In this document: positions 49,030-62,740 of the stretch, piece after piece | Numbering within the stretch: the first letter of the stretch is position 1 | Layout of the letters: each line of letters starts with the position of its first letter | DNA from: Vicugna vicugna | Taxonomy: Eukaryota | DNA length: 64,000 nucleotides | Reading direction: 5' to 3' | Assembly (NCBI GenBank): GCA_013265495.1 | Contig: MU057560.1 | Span: 1,624,753 to 1,688,752, forward strand | Notes under the pieces: model-generated | What the model saw: the letters and a program-made list of their open reading frames with translations, nothing else | Databases searched by the model: none | What the model was told of the DNA's origin: nothing | Translations under genes and position numbers: made by a program

Positions 49030-51560
49030 AATTAAGGATTCTAGGAAGATGGCAGTGGGAGAATAGTTCTGAATCTCTCCCCAAAGCACCACGTAAAAGC
49101 AGACAAGGGCCAGGACAATATACTGAAAATCCACAGACAGCATTTACACTAAAATTAGGTGATAAGGCACACCTGGGAAACCCTAATTAGCAGCAGGGGC
49201 GGTGGGGGATCACAGTGGTCACGTAAGCTGAGTGGTCAGAGCTGCAGCAGAAAGCAGAGGAAGGCAAGCGGGCAGGGCATGCATGCTGCGCTAAGTGCCG
49301 GCGGGTGCGCACGGGGAGATCAGCAGTCCAGACAGGGTGGCGGGAGGGACCCGCGCTGGGCTTGCAGACTCAGTCCATGGGATAAGACCCTTCTCTGTGA
49401 AGACACTGGTGGGTGGGAGTAGAGTCCAAACTGAACAGGACAACACAAAGGGAAGAGGCAGCAGATTAAAAGGAGACTGAAATCAGAGGAGGCAGATCTC
49501 AGAATGTTTGCCATTGTATTTTTTTTTTATTTCTGAAAGTTGTAGTAAAATATACATAAAATTTACCATTTTCACCCCTTTTAAGCATGCAGTTCAGTGG
49601 TATTAGGTGCATTCACCTTGTTGTACAACCATCACTATCATCTATCCACAGAACATTTTTCATCCTGCAAAACTAAACTCTGGACCCATTAAGCAATAAC
49701 TCCCTATTCCCGTCTCCTCTCAGCTCCTGGCAACCACATTTCTACTTCCTTTCTCTATGAATTGGGCTACTTTAAACACCTCACAAGAATGGAATCATAC
49801 AATGTTTGTCCCTTTGTGACTGCCTATTTTACTGAGCATAACATCCTCCAGGTTTGTCCGTGTTGGAGCATGTGTCAGATTTCCTTCTTTTTTAAGGCTG
49901 AATAATATTCCTTTTATGTATATAACACATTTTCGTTTACTCATTCAACTGAACCATATGATCCAGCAATTCCATTTCTGGAGCCGTCACCAAAAGAATT
50001 GAAAACAAGGCCTCGGGAAACACCCTAAGAACACCCTTGTTCATAGCAGCATTGTTCACAGGCTCCAAAGGTGGAAGAAACCCAACTGGTCACCATAGTT
50101 TATCATTTTATTAAAACAGAAAAAGAGGGAGCTCCAGCACTGTGAAGCTAGACAAGGTATCTTCAATGACACCTCCTTCCTAAAAGGACTGGAAAACTCA
50201 TTTCCAATGATTATATAAAAATATCCCAAAAAGTAGGAAAAAAATCACTACAATGAAAACACACCATAAAGACATGCCCACAAAACCAAGGAAAATACTA
50301 ACCTAACATTTCTAAGTGAACTAAATGATTTTTTTTAATAGAAACTGTGAAAATGACATAACAAATATTTAGCAAAAAGCAAAAATGAGATGGTTAGAGA
50401 AACAGAAGATTTGAAAAGAAAGGTAAAAGTACTAAGGGAAAAATTAAAAATAAACGAGTCTTTTTTCCAAAAATGAAGGCCAAAGTAGAAGTCGCACAAG
50501 AATAAATAAACACAATTGATACGCATTAAAATTTAGAAGATGAGAGAAAAAATTATGGTCTTAAGAAGTTAAAGAAGGTACAACATGCTTATAAGAGTCA
50601 ATGAAGAAAATACTGAAGCAATGGGACAGAAGAAATTCAGTAAAGTTTTTCTGAAGTCTTGTATTTTTTAAGACAAAAACACATATGAAAAGGGAACTCC
50701 CATGTGCCCAGAAAAAAGGGGATGTCACTAAGAGCTATTCCAGTAAATCTACTGCACGTTAATGAAAAAGAAATCCTCAGGGCACCAAAGCAAGCGACCA
50801 AGTAATTTATAAAGGGGAAAACAAAAGTGGTAATCAGACTTTTCAGCAGAAACACTGAATGACAGAAGACAGTGGAGTAAGACAGTTATCATACTCAAGG
50901 AAACAAAATAGGAGTCAAACAGTCTTTATATATAAAGGAGATAAACTATCATCAACATACAGAAACTCAGAAAATAATACTGCCATGAACTCCTCGTGTG
51001 TAATCGACTGGAGAATGAGCTTCCAACAGGTGGGGGAAAGGACGTATGACAGCATGAGGACTGGGAGTCAGTGGTGACCACGTGGTGACTTGCAGTACAA
51101 AGATTACGTGATGATCACACGTGGCATGGTGCAGTATGGGAAAGACAGATGCAGGGCAACCATCAAAAACTGAAAGAGTGAGAATATATAAAATGCAACT
51201 GCTCACAGGAGGTGTTACAGAAATTAATGGGGTGACAGAGACATGTGTTAAATTAGATATTTAGGAAGGAGAGAGATGTTAGCGGATGTTAGATGGCAGA
51301 AAAGAGGACAGAGAGAGAGGAAATTAATAGACAATTTTATTATTGTTCACAGTAGGAAATAGATAGAAAATAGACAAATAAAGGGACCTGGAGTTTTATT
51401 ATAAAGATAACCATTTTCTAAAACCACAAGCCTATCTCAATGGCAAATGGGCAGGAGAAGAAAAGGAGAGAAAAGAGAGAAAAAGCCACCAGATGAACAT
51501 ACAGTTATATGAATAAAAGCATACTTTGTACACATTCAACATAAAACCACGAGAGGACAT
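49030..51560 (+). mobile_element. Ancient L1/HAL1-like relic interrupted by a younger L1
   Basis: Begins ggattctaggaagatggc (L1-type 5' end). ORF1-like A-rich body 50110-51000 (aaatcctcagggcacc...atcagacttttcagcagaaacactgaatgacagaagacagtggag). Confidence 0.55.
49520..50097 (-). mobile_element. L1MB-like insertion with inverted 5' segment
   Basis: 49520-49948 is an antisense L1 3' end with a T tract. 49950-50097 is sense L1 (ccatatgatccagcaattccatttctgg...ttcatagcagcattgttcaca...aaaggtggaagaaaccc). Confidence 0.85.
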
Positions 51561-53329
51561 AGCAAGCATACACATATGTGTGAGTTGATCTAATTCACTT
51601 CCTGAAGATGTCAAGGAAAAGTTGTTGTGTCAGATCACAAAAGGCTAATTTTGGTGGCAGTTTGGGGCCAAAAATCATCTCTAATATCCTTCTTAGTTAA
51701 ACAAAATGATGAATTTTTTTTAAATCCAACAGATAATACTAAAAACCATACACCACACAATGGTGTTATAGTTGAATTATTGCTATAGAAAGAAGTTCAT
51801 GGATACAGGCGTTTTTCTTTAAATATCAGATTAAGAGAGCGCGTACAGAACATCCTGCTCCGCCGGCCCTGGGCTCCTCCGTGTCTGGGCCAAGGTGCTG
51901 ATTTGCCTTTCCCTTTAGCCTCTTTTCCGACTTGAGCTGACTTTCTACTGAGCTCTGGGACCTTCTAACTGTGAATATCTCTCAGCCACTAAGGCGTTCA
52001 CCATCATGCCACCCACCCCTTCTGTCTGCTCCCTACTGAGGTCCAGATGGATAAGCCCAAATTTCATTAAAAATCCACAACCCTCTGGACTATTGACTCC
52101 CTGAGGCGACATCTGGCTTGTAAGGAAAGTGTGTCTGTGTGTGCATGTTATCTGTGAGTATTATGCACATACAGTGCATCCTTTAGGGATAAAACTTTCT
52201 CCAATACTATGACGATGCTAGCCCTAGAATATGAGAGACATTTCTATATTCTTTGTGGCTAATGTCACCATAGTGTTTGAATAAGAAGATATTTTTATTA
52301 CAGTTAGAATTTATAAGATTATGGTAGAAAACTATATTAAGAAATTTCTGCGATAGCTCCTTTACTGGTTAGAAATTCAGTCAAAATTAAGAGAGTATAA
52401 GTCAAGAATATCTCCTTCTTACTTACACCATTGCCCCAAAATTTGATTCTTAATAAGACTCAATTACATTCAAAAGATATACTTTTATGCCATTATGAAT
52501 CACTTAGTAATACAGATGTTTAATTATATAATTAGATTTTTAACTCAAGTGCCACTGAAGATTAACTTAATTGCAAAATAAAATTATACAAAGAAAAAAT
52601 CAATTTTCTAAGGGTAAACTTGGGCTTATAAAAGACATTTTTCACACAATGTGGAGAAAGATATTGAGCATTTCAAATAGAATTAAATACAAAATAGAAA
52701 AATTGCTTTAAAATATATACATAGATTAAATTTATAGATGATTTAGTTTGTTTAATATGAAACACTAATTAAGTGGAATTATATTACTGTCTAGAATAGG
52801 CCATTTAAAAAGAAGAACATAAAGTTCTAAAATATTAACATAAGCTAAACCAAAAAGGGGCGAAACTCAAATGGGTGAATAGCAGTAACTACATACAGCA
52901 TCCTGGCGTGACATCTACAGGGAGACTTTACGAGAAGATTAAATTCCTGTAGTTTCATCTGGCAACCTTAATACAAACCCAAATCTAAGTTTACATCAAA
53001 GCTATATTCAAACCTTGATGGTGCAAAATTAATTACATTCTCCAAGGTAAACATTCTTTCCAGAACATCACACTTCCTTATCTTCACGTGGACATTCTTC
53101 TTAATGTGATAAGAAATAGACGAAATCAATATGAGAATGCAGGATCACATCTGTAACTTGGAAATTACAAGCTCTACATCCCAAAAACCAAAAGCAACAA
53201 AAACTAAAAACTAGAGAAGCACAAAATTTGGTAAAATGGTCATTTACTCAGCAAGTATATGTTTTTCTCTTTATTTCAGCTATAAACCAACGGGAAATAT
53301 TATTAGAATTACTGCCATTTGTACTGTTT

Positions 53330-53505
53330 ATTAATACACGCATGTGTGTACACACATGTGTACATAAGGAGTATGTTTGTATAAAGAGAGATACATAAAC
53401 ATTTATGTATATTAGAATAAATTATATATATATATACTTATAAAGGAATGAATATGTATACATATATGTACAAATTCATATATGTATACACACATGCACA
53501 TATAA
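53330..53505. repeat. (TA)/(TATG)/(CA) low-complexity tract
   Basis: Alternating purine-pyrimidine AT-rich sequence. Confidence 0.7.
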
Positions 53506-55054
53506 AAAAATCCTTAAAGAAAAGTGTGTGAGCTTCTATAAAACTTCATAAGCTAATAAGTAGATTTAAAATTATATATAAAGATTGAAAGCTGTGACAT
53601 GTTTTTCAATAAAATTGGCTTATGTAAAATCATGTTCATTTTTCCAAATTAAATGATATATATTATTGATGAGGTTCCCACCAAAATTTTTTCACGTCTT
53701 CTGTTTCAGAGGGAATTAAAATAATAATTCTAAAATGCAGAGAGAAATGAAAAGTGGAAAAATTTTAAATGTTGTAAATGAATTGTAGCTAAGACCTTTT
53801 TGCTTCACCCCACATGACACTAAATTCAACAACAAATAAATTGTTTATCTCACGTCTATCACATGTTAGACATCTTTGTTGTATGGTTCTAATTCTAACC
53901 TGGCTGCATGCACACGCATGCACGCATGAACACATAATGAATACATGGGTTGCTCAGTTGTTCAGAACAAGGATCGGCATAACCAACAGCATCTGGACAG
54001 CATCACTCACACGTCCAGCAAACTAGAGGAGAGAGACATTTCTTAGTTTCAAATCCACTGAAAACGGTAAAAGTTAAACACTGGTGTCTGCACAAAAAGA
54101 CAAAGTAACTGCGAAACTCTGGCAGGAACCAAAGTCACATACAATGAAGATTTATGTATGTGATGCGTTTCTGGAGAGCTCGCTCACGTTCACAAGGAAA
54201 GTATTCTTTTAAAAACCCAACAGATAAAATAGCCACGGAGAGAGGACAGTTGAGGCCAGAAGAAAATGCAGCGGAGACACGAACACAACTGCAAGTTCCA
54301 CACCTAAAGAGCCCAGTTGACCCTGACGACCCAGCAACAGCAGAGGCGCGCGCCCACCCACCCTCCGCCTGGCCTCCCCGCGCTGGCGGAGGCCGGCACC
54401 CAGCGGCCCCTCTGTCGGCCTTGCCACCTGCACCAGCTTAGCGTCGGTCGGTAGGAAGTCAGCTGCTCACGCTCGCAGCCTCTGTGCAGCTGCGTTCTTT
54501 ATCCTCATTAGGTAATTGGTAAAAGGAGCACCCAAACCGAAGAGCTAGGCCCGCGCGGAGGTGTTTATGTGAAGGACGTGCTGAGTGCTGTGCAAAGCCT
54601 CAATTTGAAAAGCAAGTGAAAAAACAAATCGCTGTGAAGCGGGAGGTGCAAAGGAAAACCTGAGATTTCTCCCCAGAGCTCTGTGATCTCATTCCACGGT
54701 GAAGCAAAGCCACTGGACGTTGCTGGCAATGGATACAAGTGTAGTTAAAGAGAAAATGAACAAAATGGTCAGTTGTCCGAGCCACACCCAGAAAGCCAGC
54801 TCTGGCTGTGCACCAGGGGACTGGCTAATGGTCTGTTTTAATACGATTTAAAATGGAGTGAGATGTTCAGTAGATTTATTGGGTATCTTTCTCATGAATT
54901 CTCACGAATCATGACTTTCTTAAATCATCCATTTTTGGGGTTTAATAGCAGTGGTGATATTTTCTGTGTTTTTTTCCTATGCTGTGGTTGTTTTTAAGTT
55001 GAGTTTATGCCACGCCCTGGGCCGTGTTAGGCAGGCTCCGTAAGGGCACACTAA

Positions 55055-55145
55055 TGTGCGAGGCTGCTGGACAAAGCCCCACCCCTGGGGCTTCAACAAC
55101 AGAAGTCTATCCTCTCCCCGCTCTGGAGGCTGGACGGCCGAGATG
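55055..55145 (-). mobile_element. MaLR (MLT1) LTR fragment
   Basis: ggctgctggacaaagccccacccctggggcttcaacaacagaagtctatcctctccccgctctggaggctgga. Confidence 0.65.
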
Positions 55146-55214
55146 CAAAGGAAGGAACTGATTGAAGTATCAGAGCGTTTTATGCACAGTAGGTGGAGAA
55201 GCAAACTCCAGGGG

Positions 55215-55440
55215 TACATTGGGAGCTCGAGATTTGCAGACACAAACCACTGGACATCAAGCAGATGAACAAGCTCCTCCTGTACAGCGCAGGGAACCAC
55301 AATCGGTATCTCGTAGTGACCTACCGTGACAAGGAGTATGAAAAGGAATCTGTGTGTGTGCATGTGTGACTGGCGCACTGTGCTGTGCACCGGAAACTGA
55401 CACAACACTGTAAGCTGACTGGACTTCAGTTAAAAGCAAA
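55215..55440 (+). mobile_element. L1 3'-end fragment, GC-shifted
   Basis: attgggagctcgagatttgcagac...ctgtacagcgcagggaacc...tgctgtgcaccggaaactgacacaacactgtaagctgactggacttcagt. Confidence 0.9.
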
Positions 55441-57599
55441 TATATAAATAATTATGTTTAGATGCCAAATAAAGACCAGGTTTTTAATCCTGATAATATA
55501 CAGCACAACCTTCAACTGGAAAAGCCTTCTTTACTAGAGAAACACACCGCCCCCAGAACACACCCCCACCCCCTCTAGAACTGTAAACAGAGACCTTGCG
55601 TGGACTTTGTGCGTTAGAGGACGCTGGAGTGGGAGACACTTCCTGAAACATGGCGTTTCCGTTATTCTTTGATCCAGTGATCCTCACCTGTAGCTGCTCA
55701 TGAGAATGATCCACAGAGCGTTTGACATTCACCAATGCCCAGAACCCCTGGCCAACCACATGGTTTCTTAAACTCACGTGTTTCTAATATTCCACCAGGG
55801 TTGAGACCACCATATTATTAATGATTGTGAGATTTTTTTTCTTTCCAGATTGAATATAAAGAATTATTTGGAAAAAAAAGACCAAATTCATGTCAGTTAT
55901 GAATAAAAAATCAAAATCTATTATCCACTGAGCAGGAAAAATGTAATTACTGAGCACATCTCACACGTCAGGTTCCGTGCTGAGGACAAGACTCTTTCTT
56001 TCTTCATAAGGGAAAAATATCTGTTGGCAACAGAAAAGCACTTCTAACACTGTGACAAATCAGCCATGTGACCTGGGGTCTTTCCACAAACACTGATTTT
56101 TTTAATTTCTCATCAGTGGAAGGAAATTATAAAATCAATGATTTCTACCTCCCAGGAATATGTGAAAAATGATTAAGAAGAGGAAGAGGACAGTGCTGTG
56201 CAGGCACAGAGCAGTCTACAAAAGCCGTTATTAACAGCAGAATCATCCTTGGCGTCAGTCCGTGGGCTGCTGTGTCATTCAGCACCGTGCAAGCTTCTCC
56301 ACGCTGCTCATCTCTGCAAATGAGCAGCACCGAAAAAATGGAAAAGGAAGGTCATTATTCACACAGAGGGACCCGCAGCATTCACACTTCTTAAACGAAG
56401 CTGGTAAATATGCTGGCTTTTTTCCTGTGATATATAGAATTGGTCAAAACACATTATATCCTTACATGCTTCAAAATCTACTGGTTAAAGATGAAAGAAT
56501 TTAGGTCCTGATGAAAAAAAAAATGCAGAATCCAGAGAAAAAGAGGTGAGGTATCATTTTAGACCTAAAGACAGTCATTTGCACAATTTAATAGCTTTTA
56601 TTTTTAAAATTGCCATCGTGAGGATGCTGGTGGTGGCAATGATGTTTGGGGACCACGGGTCCTATAAATAGACTATGAGACAGAAAAACATGTGGCGGCA
56701 AGTTCGAGGTCTCGCCTGGCGGCTTCGATGGGTGTTTTAGAGACAGTCGTCCAGGGAGGCCTGCGCGGTTTCTGAGTGGGGTTGTGTGCTTCCAGACAGT
56801 CCGTCGGGGCGAAGCAGGATGGCCTGGAGTGAGCGGGGCCAGAGCTGGCCGGACCAGACGCAGGACAGCCTGGCCCGCAGTGACGCCACAGAAGAGATCA
56901 GGGACAACGCCACGTGAAGTGTCGCAGACGCGGGGTTAGAGGTCTTCGTCCCCGCACGTGGGACAGAAACAAGAGAGAGGGCTGAGGGTGGCTGGCTGTG
57001 GCCTCAAGCCGGGGTGACTGTGAGAGATAAGGTGGTTCTAGCAGAAACTCAAATTTGCAGGGAGTTAGAGAGGTTTGTGCCTGCATTGCTACCTCTGCTT
57101 GCAACTGACCTTCACCCCAAAGGGCTCTGGCACCCACCTAGAAATGCACTGAAAGCAGAGTGAGGAATAAATCCTCTGTTGGTCCCCGGGATACCCAGAA
57201 AGAATCAATGGTCTAGAACCCTCTCTTCAAACACAGTGATTGTTGATTTCTTATCTCCTGTCTGCTGTCAACAACGTCCCCTTGTTTGGACAAAGGCATT
57301 TGCTTCAAAGGCATCTCCAAGAAGCAATGCAAACTGAGACATTTTTGTCAACCTTCCAAATGACCTCCTGTGCGCCTGTCTGGAGGCCAGGTGGCTTCAG
57401 AGGTAATAAAGACCCTCCCTGGTCCCCATGTCTGCTCCATCTCTAAGCCTCCGTAAGGAAAAGGCTCCCCCAGTCACTAATTAGCAGCAAGTGCTGGGAC
57501 CGCCGTTCAGGGCTGAGACGCCCAGGAGTGGAGATGGAGCGGCGGGGTCTGAGGGAAAGAAAGCCGGCCTGGGACACTCATTTTCTTTCAAACTCTAAT

Positions 57600-57755
57600 T
57601 AACTTGCAGTGTGACCTTGGACAAATCTCTTAATCTCTCCCCACTTGCCGTCCTCCCACTGTCCGAAGGAGAGACACCGGTATTTATCGACTCCCTGCCT
57701 CTCTGGAGTTTCGCAAAGATTAACAAGATACAATTTATAAAGCGCCTTGAGCCCT
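57600..57755 (+). mobile_element. MIR relic
   Basis: gtgtgaccttggacaaatctcttaatctctc...aaagattaacaagatacaatttataaagcgcctt. Confidence 0.7.
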
Positions 57756-59599
57756 ACCGCATTGCCACAGAAATCAAAGATTGCCTGTTTAATTCCACGT
57801 GCACCCAGAATGCATTTCCTGTTGTGCAGTGTGTACAGCATTGCCTGCGTCCCTGACTTCCTGTAAAATGCTCTTGCGCATGCATGAGTGGTTCATCCAG
57901 TAAGTCCTTTCTGTCCCCACCAACTGTGATTCCTCTGCCCTGATTAATCAGCTAAACCTGAAGGAAAGCCTCACCCTCCGGCTCCTTCCTTGTGTATTAC
58001 ACATGCTAAAGTGAACAGTTTCCCTACAAGTTAAAAAAAACTGTTTAAATGTGGGGGGAGAAATAGAGACTGGAATAAAAGCTGTTTGAAATACAAGGCT
58101 CGTGTCTCCCCATTGCTCAGTATTTTATGTGTCTGAAACATGCACGTGACTCTGAGTAATTGCCCAGCACTTGCCCCAGTCCTCGGGGCTTAGGCAAATC
58201 CCTAGCTTCCTGCTGGCCACGGCTCTTTCCTTTTCCTTCTCTTTTTTATCTTTAATGCACTGTGCTACAAAGATTTGTATAGCAGAAAGGAGCCTCTCTT
58301 CCCTCAACTTTTCTCAATGAGGGAATTAAACATGTCACCCAAAGGCAAGAATAAAACCTTACAGAAGACAGTCTGCAGCTGAGATCTTCAAAAGCTAAAT
58401 TGTTCGTAATGAAGTGTTCGAAACTAAATGCTCAAATTTGAAACAAAGAGAGAAGGAAGAAAGGAACAAACCAGAAAATTGGGTCCCCAGGATGGATTCT
58501 GACAAGAAGGTGAAAGATGGACCTGGCCCGTTTCAGTGACTCCCCTTTCATCTGGGAATTGGGCTGCCGTAGAAGATGAACGTCGTGCAGATGACCGTTG
58601 AACGAGCCCACTTCGCTTGTGAGATGCCGTTCATTTTGTGTGTGTGCGTCTGGTCCCACCGCACACCCTGTGGTCCAACAGCGTGAACACCTATCATGGG
58701 CTGAGTGAGGACAGAAGGAAGAGAGAGGGGGGAAACTGTCTTAGGCATCTCAGCCTGATACGTCTCCTGAACACTTGGAGATGGTTTGCTCCCAAGCCGC
58801 TCGCTGCTGCTGTGCAAACTAGGGTTAAAGCTGAAGGAAAAGACATTTGTAGCTTCAGCTTTGCAATCCGAATTCAAATGAGATTGGAGTGGAAAATGTA
58901 ATAAGGATGATTTTGTCACAAATTCCTGGCGGCTTCTTTTTCACGCCTGAGGGGGTTAGGATGGAGTCATGCCAGTGGGATGCAGGGCTCCTATCTGCTC
59001 CTGGACTCAGGGCGCTCAGAAGAAAAGGGCATCCGCACAGGAGCAGCCCCTCTGTAAAAGGAAAACTGTGCGGAGTGAAGGCAGAGAGAGTCGGAAGGCC
59101 CCAGGGAAGCGCGCCGCGGCACTCTTGCATTCCTCCTTCCTCCACAGGCCTTTCTCACTTTGCCTTTTCCCTAACTGTAACTTCTATGCTAATACATTTT
59201 GTAAAAATAGACAAAATTAGGGACTTGAAGTTTTGTCAGAATGAAGAGGTCAGCAGATCCTCTTCCCCTAAAACACAGATACTAAACTGCACAAAAATAT
59301 CAGAACAACCATTTTAAGGGTTCTCAGTACTAACCTAAAGCAGACAGCGAGTGGAGGAGTGTCTACTCGTGGAAAGCTGCTGAGCTGTGGGTCACATTGG
59401 GAGGCGCCTGCAGTGGTCCTGCCCCGGGCCGCCTGCACTCTCCCGCCAGCCCAGTGATGGTCGTGGGGCTGCCTGGGCAGGGGCGGGAGGGCCTGGCACA
59501 AGGAGGAAGCCCTGGCATACTTTGAAATCGCCTCTGCCTACGTACAGATCCAGCAGCAGAGGGAAGAAAGCGTATTGGCACAAAGAGGTCGAGCGCAAA

Positions 59600-60910
59600 C
59601 TTCAAACAGTCACCACTGAGAAGTGAACTGTGCACACCTGGGAGTGCCCTCTGAGAATCCAGAGCACAACATAAAACTAAGAATTAAAAACAAAACGAGC
59701 AGAGATCCCACCAGCTCCAGATCACAGGGGAGATCAAATCTAGGCAAGTTATTATAAATACAACAAAACAAAAAATAGAAGCAACAATAACCCTCAGGGA
59801 AAAAATTCAGAGTTGCAAGAACTCGTTATCTGAAATGTCTCGTCTTCAACCAAAAATTATGAGGCTTGCAAAACCAGGGAAGTGTGACTCGTATTCAGGA
59901 AACAGTGGGGAAGCAGTCAGTAGAAACTGTGAGTGGGTCCAGACGCTGAATTTAGCAGATAAAGAACTTCAGAGCATCTAAAAATACTCAAATTTTGGAA
60001 ACTATATTTAAAGAGTTAAATAAAATATGATGAAAATGACTGCACAAATAGGGAATCTCAATAAAAATCTGTAACTACCAAAAAGGGCGATGGAAATTTT
60101 GACGTCACAAAGGACAGCGATTGAAGTGGAAGCTTTGCGGGGTGGGCTTGACATGCAATGGATGTGAGACAGTAGAAGAGAGAAACTGCGAAAGAGAACA
60201 AGAATCGATGGAAATAATTCAACCTAACAACAGAGTAAAACACGGAAAAAATTAAGAACAATTAGCTGCAGAAAGTACCTACGGGACGTCAGGGAGGCGA
60301 GCACATGCAACAGGAGCTCCAGAAGGAGTGATAAAGGGGAAGAAAGGCAATGAAGTGATGGCTGGAATCATCCCCAGTTCTGTGAAAACCACTAACCTAC
60401 AGATCCAAGTGGTTCACTGAAACCATGTAGAAAAACCCAAAGAGATCCGCGTCTACCTACATCACAGTCAAGCCGTGCAGAGCCAAAGCGAAGAGAAAAT
60501 CTTGAGAGCACTGAACAGAAGCACGCCTCATCCATACACACAGAGGTGTTGGCTGAACATGGCCGACCGGTCAGCTGAAGCCGTGGAGGCCAGAAAGCAA
60601 CAGAATGATGCTCCGAAGGGCTTAGAGAAGGATGCTCAGCAGGAAGTCCATGTATCAGTGAAGCTGCCCTTCAAAACTGAAAGTGAAATAAAGACGTGTG
60701 CCCACAAAGAAAGGCTGGGAGAATGTGAGTAGCAGACGTGCCTTATAAGAACTGTTAAAGGCAGCCTTGCAAGCCGAGAAGAATGTAAGATGTTAACTTG
60801 AATTCACAGGGCAAAAATGAAGAGAATTGGAAATTACAAACAGGGGAGAGTTCATATAAAAGGCTCTACAAATATATTGCTTCTCTTACCTTCCTTAAAA
60901 GACATAAGAG
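59600..60910 (+). mobile_element. Old L1 ORF1 relic
   Basis: The ORF track at 60475-60732 (EEKILRAL...SVKLPFKTESEIKTCAHKERLGE) is a decayed L1 ORF1p C-terminus (cf. KEKILKAAR...PAKLSFKNEGEIKTF). Confidence 0.8.
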
Positions 60911-62044
60911 GTGGGAGGAGGGACAGGTTTGGGGGAGGGAGGGCAGGATTCAGAGGGACAGGTGTGACCGCATCTTGAAGGAGGAGAAGGGAAGGCCGCA
61001 CTTCCTGGGAGCTGTGTCAGCCCAGGATGTCCAGCCACCGCGGCGCTGGGAGCCGCGAGGAGGGGAGGAAGGGGGGTGAGGACCCAAGGTGAGGACTGAA
61101 GGTGAAGACCGGAGGGGAGGAGGGGGGTGAGGAGGGTGCAGGACCCACGGGCCTCCCCAGCCATTCAGCTCTTAGAAACTGTTTGCTCTTCATTCTGGCT
61201 GTGGTGGAAGACAAGACTTCTTGGTGTTAAATATGCCAACTACACGTGCATGCGCGTGAAACAAGTGTAGGTCATCTCCATCACGCATGCAGACCGCTTG
61301 GAGCCGCAGAGACAGAAAAGACACACTGGAACAGTCTGCAGACAAGTCACGGCCCCGCGCAGAGGCAGAGCGTCAGGCGTGTGGTGTCCACAGACGCCGG
61401 CCTCGGACCCAGAGCTCTTTGTGCAGAAACAGCCGACTCGGCGCTTTCCTCTTTTGATCTCAGGTAACATTGCAGGGATTAAATTCTTGCAATGACCAAC
61501 TTCATTTTTAATGCAATTATTCATTTATTTAATAAATATTTATTGAGAGTGAATGTGCCGGTCTCTATGCTTAATAAATTATTAAATTTTAATCACGGTG
61601 TGTGTGGACAAGCGCCCTGATCTGAGGGTGGATAATGCTCTCCTTATGCTCCCATTTACTACTCGAATTGATATTAGACAGTCATCATAAAATTACTTAT
61701 CATGGCCCAGTTTTTCCAATTACCACAATGCCATTGAAGGATCTACAAAAGAAAAATATCTCATAAAACCCAGGCTTAAAAAATACGTAAAGATCTTTTG
61801 TAAAAGGACTGACCCGCCCCCAGTTTCTGAAAGGACTCTTTTCTCACCATAAAGAATCATTGAAAAATACAAACATAAAAAGCCTGAAAAACACACTCCC
61901 ATCCCGCCGCACAAAGGCAGGCACTCATAGTCTATGGGCGTGTTCTTCCAGCCTTCTGTCCCCAGTGTGTAGGTTTTCTCAGGTGAGACCTTGAGATTGG
62001 TCTTTAAATTTAACAGTCTCACCCTAGCTGTTCCCAGCGTTACT

Positions 62045-62235
62045 GCTTATTGAACCAGAGCCGGTCTACAGCGTTGTGTTAGTTTCCGGTGTTCAGCACA
62101 GCGACTCAGCCAGACATACACACACATAGACTCCTTTCCACACTCTTTTCCATCATAGGCCATTGCAAGGAATTGAGTGTAGCTCCCTGTGCTGCCCAGC
62201 AGGACCTGTTGTTTATCTGTTTGATGTGTAGGCGT
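62045..62235 (-). mobile_element. L1 3'-end fragment
   Basis: ttattgaac...gttgtgttagtttccggtgttcagcacagcgactcag...gctccctgtgctgcccagcaggacctgttgtttatc. Confidence 0.85.
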
Positions 62236-62399
62236 TAGTTTCTCCCCAGTGTTAATGAACACTCATTGTAGACATCATTTCACCTTCCAAACAGCAACCA
62301 GATGAAGTGGCCAGATTTCTCTAGATTTTTTAATTTTTTGCCAGCAGAAATAGTACACGGTGAGTGCTTTGTTCAGAAGGTTTTGCCCAAATGGAGTAG

Positions 62400-62740
62400 A
62401 CAGCAGCATTTATCGTGTTTACTGTGCGCCTCACACCATGCTTTCCAAGCATGATCTCATTTAAAGGCCACAATAATCTTATTGGGTAAAAGTTATTATT
62501 GCTCATATTCCCTAAATAAGAAGCTGAAGCTGAGAGCGATGACCAAGAGGCACAGTGACGTCTGCTGAGCGCCCGTCATGTGCCGTCTCTGCGGTGCTCG
62601 CCGGCTGTCACCTGCCCCGTGGGGAGGATGTCACTGCTGTCCTCCCCGCTTCACAGGTGAGGACACAGAGGCAGCGGCTCCGGGAGGAGCTTCCCCGGGC
62701 TGCACACCCCACCTGAGCGGGAGCGGAGACCTGAGCTGCT
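62400..62740 (-). mobile_element. Two adjacent MIR relics, the second GC-shifted
   Basis: 62400-62545: agcatttatcgtgtttactgtgcgcc...atctcatttaaaggccacaataatc. 62555-62740: ctgctgagcgcccgtcatgtgcc...ccccgcttcacaggtgaggacacagaggc. Confidence 0.65.

Noticed and set aside
53341..53358. 18-bp palindrome CATGTGTGTACACACATG
   Set aside because: Expected within alternating (TG)/(CA) low-complexity sequence.
60475..60732. Host coding exon
   Set aside because: It is a decayed L1 ORF1p C-terminus.
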